A stretch of DNA of 64,000 bases, taken from NCBI GenBank assembly GCA_030628905.1, contig DAOVQB010000003.1:9-64008 (forward strand), given 5' to 3'. The notes beneath the pieces are model-generated. The model was not told the DNA's origin, searched no databases, and saw nothing but the letters and a program-made list of their open reading frames with translations. The position numbers and the translations under genes are program-made. The DNA is from Candidatus Eiseniibacteriota bacterium. Its GTDB lineage: Bacteria > Eisenbacteria > RBG-16-71-46 > CAIMUX01 > WJJG01. Below, piece by piece: positions 58,255-64,000 of this stretch (position 1 is the stretch's first letter; each line of letters begins with the position of its first letter).

Positions 58255-59997
58255 CTACGACTGCTCGTCTGCCTTCAGAAGCACGCGCAGGCGCGCCCGA
58301 GCGCGCCGGGCCTCGAGCGAATCCGGATACCGGAGAATGACATCCTCATAATATTGCAATGCCAGATCCCGTCTCTCCGTTATCGCCTCGGCCTGCTGCG
58401 CCATCCAAAGAAGCGCCACAGGCGTCAGAATGCTTACGCCTTCCTGCTCAAGCATGAGCGCCAGCAAGGAGTCCGCCTGCGCCCAATGCCCAAGGCGTCC
58501 ACTCAGCTGGATTTGGGCCGACCGGAGGTGACCACCCAGCCCATCGCTGGTCGTGTCATCAAGGGCTTCTGAGCAGAGTTCGAGAGCATCTTCCCAGTCG
58601 CCGGTCCGTATGTGTTGCTGGATGTGGGCGAAGACCTCGAGCAGGGGGCCCGCCGCCATGCCGAATTCCCCGAGGAGCAGCGCACGGGCCAGGGCATTGT
58701 TCACCCACCGCCCAGCCTCATAGTGATCGGTGAGTTTGTAGTAGGCCTCTTCGGCCTCCTGGAAATGCCCCTGATAGAAGAGGATCTCAGCGTGCTCATA
58801 GGCCGCCTGCTCTTTCATCTCCACCTGGTTGGCTTCCCTTTCGAGGCGGCAGAATGTGCTGTCGGCTTCCGCGAGGTTTCCAGAGCGGAGGGCACACTCG
58901 CCAAGAGCCAGCAGGACGTGATCGCGCATATTGCGCAGCCCCTTCTGCCGCGGGTGCCTTGGCAGCTCATCGAGGATCGACGCGTAGACCTCCTGGGCCG
59001 CCGTGAGATTCCGTAGAGGCTCCATTAGAAGCGCGCCATGTTGCATGCGGGCCTGCATCGCCAGGGCCCCCTTGGGGAAGCGTTTCGCGAGTTCTTCATA
59101 GGCCAGCACGGCTTCTCTGGGACGCTCTAGACTCTGCAGGATCTCGGCCTTCTCATACCAGGACTGCGCGGCGATCGTGGGCCGGGGCGACAGGGCCAGC
59201 ACCGAGTCAAGGGCGGCCAGGGCGATCTCGGGGCTGCCCCTGCGGGCCAGGGTGTGGGCCAGCTGGAGGACGAGCTTACCCGCAGCCTGCTTCTCCCTGT
59301 CCAGGTCTGCCAGCAGGATGAGCGCATCTGTGTAGGCCCCTGTTACAACACAGATGTGTGCAAGGGCTTCGCGCCATGTCGTCGGGGCATCCGGCGTAAG
59401 CGCCTTGTCGCGGAGCATCGCAACAGCTTCCTTGCCGCCCACTGAATCCGTCGCGACCAGCTCGAAGGAATCTATAAGCATTCGGACCCAGGCAGGGTGT
59501 TTCTCGAGAGCCTCCAGAAGGATCTCGATTGCCTCGGCGCCCCGGCCTGCCCGGCGGTATGCGCCGGCCAAGTCGATCCACAGATCGATGCTCCGGCCAC
59601 CTGTCCGATCGATTTCGCCGAGATAGAGATCAACAGCCTGGTCATACTCACCGAGGGCGATATGGGCAGAGCCCCTTAGCAGGACGACGCGCAAGTCGCC
59701 CGGGTGTTTTGAGAGTAGGGCCTCGAGCAGTTGGGCCGCCCGGCCGGCCTGGTTCTGGTTGATCAGCTGCCGGGCATTTCTCAGTGAATGCTCGATCGGA
59801 TCGCGCCGGGCATGGCGCTGAAGGCTCTGAGCCCAGACCGGCGAAGCGATCATTGACAGAAGGGCTAGAAGGACAAATGCGATGGTGTAGGAGCCAGCAT
59901 CTCTCCGGCGCAGCCCCGGCTTTGCACCAGAGCTGAATCGGGACCTGCAGGCAGCCGCGCAGCGGCTGGCACACGCCATACTACGAGCCCACCTCAT
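58255..59997 (-). CDS. Tetratricopeptide-repeat protein, membrane-anchored/secreted (BatC-like)
   Basis: N-terminal hydrophobic segment followed by multiple TPR units. Confidence 0.7.
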   Translation of the reverse strand: MRWARSMACASRCAAACRSRFSSGAKPGLRRRDAGSYTIAFVLLALLSMIASPVWAQSLQRHARRDPIEHSLRNARQLINQNQAGRAAQLLEALLSKHPGDLRVVLLRGSAHIALGEYDQAVDLYLGEIDRTGGRSIDLWIDLAGAYRRAGRGAEAIEILLEALEKHPAWVRMLIDSFELVATDSVGGKEAVAMLRDKALTPDAPTTWREALAHICVVTGAYTDALILLADLDREKQAAGKLVLQLAHTLARRGSPEIALAALDSVLALSPRPTIAAQSWYEKAEILQSLERPREAVLAYEELAKRFPKGALAMQARMQHGALLMEPLRNLTAAQEVYASILDELPRHPRQKGLRNMRDHVLLALGECALRSGNLAEADSTFCRLEREANQVEMKEQAAYEHAEILFYQGHFQEAEEAYYKLTDHYEAGRWVNNALARALLLGEFGMAAGPLLEVFAHIQQHIRTGDWEDALELCSEALDDTTSDGLGGHLRSAQIQLSGRLGHWAQADSLLALMLEQEGVSILTPVALLWMAQQAEAITERRDLALQYYEDVILRYPDSLEARRARARLRVLLKADEQS

Positions 59998-60009
59998 CGC
60001 GGACCCCTT

Positions 60010-63000
60010 TCATTGCGACCCACGGAGTAGGCAGCGCATATAGCGTTCGACCATCCCCCGGTATTCGGCCGGAACGGGGTCTTTTGATCCCCGCAGCATC
60101 GCCCGGCGGAGCAACTCCGCCTCGGAGCGTGGCGTGTCAATGCCCGGCGGGCTTATGCGCTGCCCGGGATTGAGGCCCACACGGGAGCGGCGCTCTTCAG
60201 ACTCGTCGCGCTTGCGGATGCTCCGCTGCGCGTTGAGCAGGCGGCTCAGGATCTTCTCCTGACGCTCTACAATCCGGCGCTCAGCATGGCGGCCCCTGAG
60301 ATCACGGATCAACTCCTCCATCTCTTGGATCGCCTTGCCAAGATTCCCCATCAATTTCCCCGAACCCTCAAGCTCTTCCCTAATCTCATCCAACCCTTGG
60401 CGGATCATCTCCTGGCGGGCGGCCATGCGCATCATCGCCTCCCCCTGTCCCATCGATGGCCGGGGCATCTGCATGGTCCCAAACATCATCTTTGTCTGCT
60501 CGTTGAGGGAGCACTGCTGTCCAGTCAGAGTCTGCATCTTGTTGAAAGGGCTACTGCAGCTCGAGGCGCAGTTCGACTGGGCTTGGTTGGCCGCCTCCAG
60601 CATCTTCTTGACGGCCGCATTGAGCGACTGGGTCGATTCCCCGGCCCGAGAAACAGCCCGCGAGCGCCGACCGGCCTCAAACTGGTCGCGGGCATCTTGA
60701 ATCTCGCGCAGGGCCTTTCCGACGGCCCGCAGGTGCTCGCGGGTGAGAATCGGAGTCTCCTTGGCCACCTGGAACAGCGAATCGCTGAGCACGCTGACCT
60801 CGTCGCAGAGCTCCTGCTGGTACACCGCCATCTCCCGCGGCCCTTTCCGTTCAACCTGGTTCACCAGGCCCTCCTGCCGGATGGATGTCTTGATAAGCCG
60901 ATTGGAAATGTCGTATAAGGCGCGGGCCAGCCGCTGCTGCTTCTCCCAATCCACCTCTTGCTTGAGCTGGGAGAGATTGGCCTGCATCTTCTGCATGGCC
61001 TGCTTGGCCTTGCGGCCGAACTTGAGGGCATCTTGGCGCTGTTTTTGTTCCATCGCCTGCAAGGCCTGTTTCATCTGTTCGAGGCTCTCGCCTTGGGACG
61101 GATCCTTGAGCATCTGCTCGAGGGCCTTCGAGAGCTGTTCAAGACCCTCCGAGCTCTCCGCCATCATCTCCTCGAGCTGCTTCTGGAGCTTCTCGAGTTC
61201 CTGGCGGATCGCCTCCTGTTGGGCTGCAAGATCAGCGGCCTCCTCATCCGTCAGCGGGGTTTCCTCGTCACCCTCACCTTCCTCAGCCGACGCCCTCTCC
61301 TCTGCCGGGGAGCTTTCTGCGCCCAGGGAATCGGGCGCCTCGCCCTGCTGATCAGTTGGCTCATCGCCTTGCCGATCAGCTAGCTCCTCACCTGCCTGCC
61401 TTTTCTCGCAGGCCTCGGGCGGTTTCTGCCCCATCTCGATCTGCCGGTTTATTTCCTCCTGGCGTGCCTGCAGCTCCTTTAGCTTCTGAATAATGCGATC
61501 GATCTTCTCCTCGGCCATAAGCTGGCGCAGCATCTGAAGCGTCCGGTCCAGGGCCTTGGAGATTTCCTCCTGGGTGATCTTCATCTGTTCCATCGCCCTC
61601 TGGAGCTCCCGGCGATCCATCCGCTCAAGGGCCTGGCGCATGCGCTCGATGTGCTGGCGAAACTCCTCGCCCCGGATCTGCTCGGCCAGTTGCTGGATCT
61701 CGCGAACCTTGTCGATCATCTCCATCGAGAAGAGGTTCTGGTTCTCCATCCGCTGGCGCGATTGCTCCAGCGACTGTTGGAGATGCTCAACCTTGCGGGC
61801 GACATCCTTCTGCCGTTCGATGAGATCGCTGATCTCCTGCTGCTTCTCCCAGGAGATCTGCTCCTCCCGGAGCATTTCCTGAGCGATCTTCTGAAGATCA
61901 TCCCGCAGATCCTCCTGAACTTTGAGGGCGTCCTCCAGGGAAACAACCTCTTGGTCACGGCCCTCCTCGGCGCGGGCATACATTTCCGCCATGCTGGGAA
62001 AGCGGATGGAAAAGATGCCGGTCTCCCCGATCTTGGGTCCGCGGATCGGGTCATTGTCGAAGACCTGCAGGTAGTAGTGCAGCTCTTGGCCCGGCAGGAG
62101 TTGGACCTTATCTAGATCCCAGTTGAAAGTAACGCGGGCCTCCTTCTGCTTCTCCAGAGATGCCAGCTCCATGCGGGTCGGCTCGTCCCCCGGACGTCCG
62201 TAGATGAGCGCCAACTCACCAAGCCCGAAATCGTCAATGCAGTCAATAATCAGGTTTACGAACATGTCAGGGGGAAGCTCGATGGCTTCACCCGGACTCA
62301 GCAACCGTACGATCGGGTCTAGGTCAGGCACAACTTCAACGCGGAAACTCTCGGAGGTCCATCTGTCTCCCTCCGTCTCATCCCACAATTCCAGCAGGTA
62401 GCTTCCACTCTGCTCCAGAATCCATGAGGCGCTCAGCAGCTCAGGTCCCTTCTCCCGAAGCCTCAGCGGCCCGATTTGCCGCTTGCCCTCACCTCCAGTG
62501 AGGAGCAGGCGGCCAGCGGCCCCGGGCCGGCGATGGCGAACCTCCAGCGTCACGCGCGTGCCGGTCAGGCCGGCGAGATCCCCGTTCGAGGATCCCTCTC
62601 TCTGAACTGGCATTCCGGTGTAGGCTGGAGGTTCATAGAGCTTCCGGTACCCGAGTGCCTGAAGCCGCTCCAGAACACGGATCCGATAAACCGGACTCTG
62701 CGCCCACCCGGCGCTCACCCGGTATGCGAGGTCTCCTTTGAGTGCACTGGCCAGGAAGAGGTAGCGGTCGCTCTGGCTGTCTTCCCGCGCCTGCTCTCGA
62801 ACCATGTCGGCACGAACCCATGCCCCCCGAGATCCAGCGGCACCACCGCGCATCTCAAGGTGCGCCCCCCGCGGGCGCCGCCGGCCGGAGATGGTTGCCT
62901 GAATCTGAACACTGCCCCCCCGCTCCACCTTCATATCACCAGGCTCCACTCGAAGCTCGATGACGGGCACCACCGACGGGCTCCCGGCATGGAGGAAGAG

Positions 63001-63540
63001 GCTGGCCGTATCCACAAAACGCACCGGGGAAAGGAGCCATAGGAGCAATAGTGGCAGGAGCCCCAGCAAGCCGCGCCCCAGGGAGGGCGCGAGGGAGCGC
63101 TCAGCATGGAGCCCGGGGCCTGGCAACCGGGCCAGAGCATCCATGCCGCCCTGCAGCGAGCGCATCACCAAATGCCTGGAGATGGCATCCCCTTCCCAGC
63201 GGGCCTGATTGCGCTCAAGCTGGAGGGCGTTGATCAGTTCGTTGCGGGGCAGCCCGCTGCGGCGTTCCAGCCACAGCGCATAGGCCTCCGTTCGCAGCGG
63301 CCGGACCAGGGGCCTGAGGCAGAGGACCACGAAGGTGGCCACGATCCAGAGGGCGGCCACCGAGGCGCTGAGACCCGACCACAGCTGCGCGGGAGGCAGG
63401 CAGAGAGCCAGGAGGAACAACAGACCGAGCCCGGGCAGGCAGAGCCCGAACCAGCGGGTCCCACCCTCCAGAACGAGCCGGGCCTTGCGTGCCCTGGCAC
63501 CCCGGCGGAGGAGTCCGGCGAAGGCCTGCCGTTTCTTCAT
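60010..63540 (-). CDS. Giant membrane protein: N-terminal double-TM anchor, ~450-aa globular region, ~600-aa coiled coil (DUF4175-like)
   Basis: Two TM helices near the N-terminus; long heptad-rich E/Q/R/K region; acidic linker. Overlaps the upstream DUF4159 gene by 4 nt. Confidence 0.7.
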   Translation of the reverse strand: MKKRQAFAGLLRRGARARKARLVLEGGTRWFGLCLPGLGLLFLLALCLPPAQLWSGLSASVAALWIVATFVVLCLRPLVRPLRTEAYALWLERRSGLPRNELINALQLERNQARWEGDAISRHLVMRSLQGGMDALARLPGPGLHAERSLAPSLGRGLLGLLPLLLLWLLSPVRFVDTASLFLHAGSPSVVPVIELRVEPGDMKVERGGSVQIQATISGRRRPRGAHLEMRGGAAGSRGAWVRADMVREQAREDSQSDRYLFLASALKGDLAYRVSAGWAQSPVYRIRVLERLQALGYRKLYEPPAYTGMPVQREGSSNGDLAGLTGTRVTLEVRHRRPGAAGRLLLTGGEGKRQIGPLRLREKGPELLSASWILEQSGSYLLELWDETEGDRWTSESFRVEVVPDLDPIVRLLSPGEAIELPPDMFVNLIIDCIDDFGLGELALIYGRPGDEPTRMELASLEKQKEARVTFNWDLDKVQLLPGQELHYYLQVFDNDPIRGPKIGETGIFSIRFPSMAEMYARAEEGRDQEVVSLEDALKVQEDLRDDLQKIAQEMLREEQISWEKQQEISDLIERQKDVARKVEHLQQSLEQSRQRMENQNLFSMEMIDKVREIQQLAEQIRGEEFRQHIERMRQALERMDRRELQRAMEQMKITQEEISKALDRTLQMLRQLMAEEKIDRIIQKLKELQARQEEINRQIEMGQKPPEACEKRQAGEELADRQGDEPTDQQGEAPDSLGAESSPAEERASAEEGEGDEETPLTDEEAADLAAQQEAIRQELEKLQKQLEEMMAESSEGLEQLSKALEQMLKDPSQGESLEQMKQALQAMEQKQRQDALKFGRKAKQAMQKMQANLSQLKQEVDWEKQQRLARALYDISNRLIKTSIRQEGLVNQVERKGPREMAVYQQELCDEVSVLSDSLFQVAKETPILTREHLRAVGKALREIQDARDQFEAGRRSRAVSRAGESTQSLNAAVKKMLEAANQAQSNCASSCSSPFNKMQTLTGQQCSLNEQTKMMFGTMQMPRPSMGQGEAMMRMAARQEMIRQGLDEIREELEGSGKLMGNLGKAIQEMEELIRDLRGRHAERRIVERQEKILSRLLNAQRSIRKRDESEERRSRVGLNPGQRISPPGIDTPRSEAELLRRAMLRGSKDPVPAEYRGMVERYMRCLLRGSQ

Positions 63541-64000
63541 CGCCGCCCCTCCATACCCGGCTGGAAGACCGCCTGGCCCTCAAGGCGATCCGTGGCCGCC
63601 TCCTGGGTCAGCGCATAGAGGACGACATTGATCGCCATCCGCAGCGCCTCCTCCCGCTTCTCTGGCGGGTCCTTGTGGACGTCCGGATCCTCCAATCCAT
63701 CTCCAATGTCCGATTCATACGTATAGAAAACCACCAGCCGTCCCCGGGCGAAAATGCCCAGGCCCTCTGGGGGCTTGCTGTCATGCTCGTGGATCTTGGG
63801 AGGCCCGTTGTCAAAGTCGTAGAAGGCATGATAGATCGGGTGGTCAAACGGCACGGCCGCCAGTTCCCGGCCGGGAAAGACTTGGCGCATCAGTACCCGA
63901 AAGCTCTCATCCATCCCGTAGTTGTCATCGGCGAAGAGAAATCCCCCCTCGAGCAAGTACTTGCGCAGCCGCCGAACCTCCGCCTCGGCAAGTCGGATCC
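63537..64000 (-). CDS. DUF4159 domain protein, partial (5' end beyond window)
   Basis: GGFLFADDNYG...FDHPIYHAFYDF...GLGIFARGRLVVFYTYESDIGDG matches DUF4159 hallmark motifs. Confidence 0.7.
   Translation of the reverse strand, partial: IRLAEAEVRRLRKYLLEGGFLFADDNYGMDESFRVLMRQVFPGRELAAVPFDHPIYHAFYDFDNGPPKIHEHDSKPPEGLGIFARGRLVVFYTYESDIGDGLEDPDVHKDPPEKREEALRMAINVVLYALTQEAATDRLEGQAVFQPGMEGRR

Overview
High-GC (~65%) chromosomal window from a Gram-negative bacterium. The lineage is a guess: T9SS-type C-terminal sorting domains, PorV/FadL-like barrels and a Bat-like DUF4159 cluster point to Gemmatimonadota or an FCB-related candidate phylum. It is densely coding, about 45 genes, mostly on the minus strand.

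Housekeeping genes: sigma-54 two-component pair, etfBA, alr, speA, a ferredoxin, htrA, folE, nrnA, miaB plus a second methylthiotransferase, a LysR regulator, B12-dependent RNR nrdJ, nnr, DUF1015-serA-serC, pepF, and an archaeal-type (type II) GAPDH homologue.

Accessory, envelope-related content: two large secreted proteins whose C-termini look like FlgD-Ig/T9SS sorting domains (one is an internal tandem duplication). There are two PorV/FadL-type outer-membrane barrels, a DUF5916-like OM protein, and GT2, GT4 and patatin genes.

A minus-strand cluster at the 3' end looks like the conserved but uncharacterised MoxR/Bat-associated module: DUF4159 (partial), a 1176-aa two-TM coiled-coil giant, a TPR protein, and a secreted GATase1-like protein.

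Non-genic signals: two ~90%-identical copies of a 105-nt highly structured element with compensatory substitutions; short GC-rich 'GGGCTCGCGCAAGCCC' hairpins at many gene ends; a 16-mer x4 tandem array in a divergent promoter; a C10 tract at the histidine-kinase 5' end; a G8 tract plus two near-palindromes upstream of nrdJ; a 24-bp tandem array encoding (A/G)LTDSLLE repeats at the window start; and a low-GC ~650 bp island holding a decayed ORF.

No rRNA, tRNA, CRISPR, transposase or recognisable defence genes were seen.
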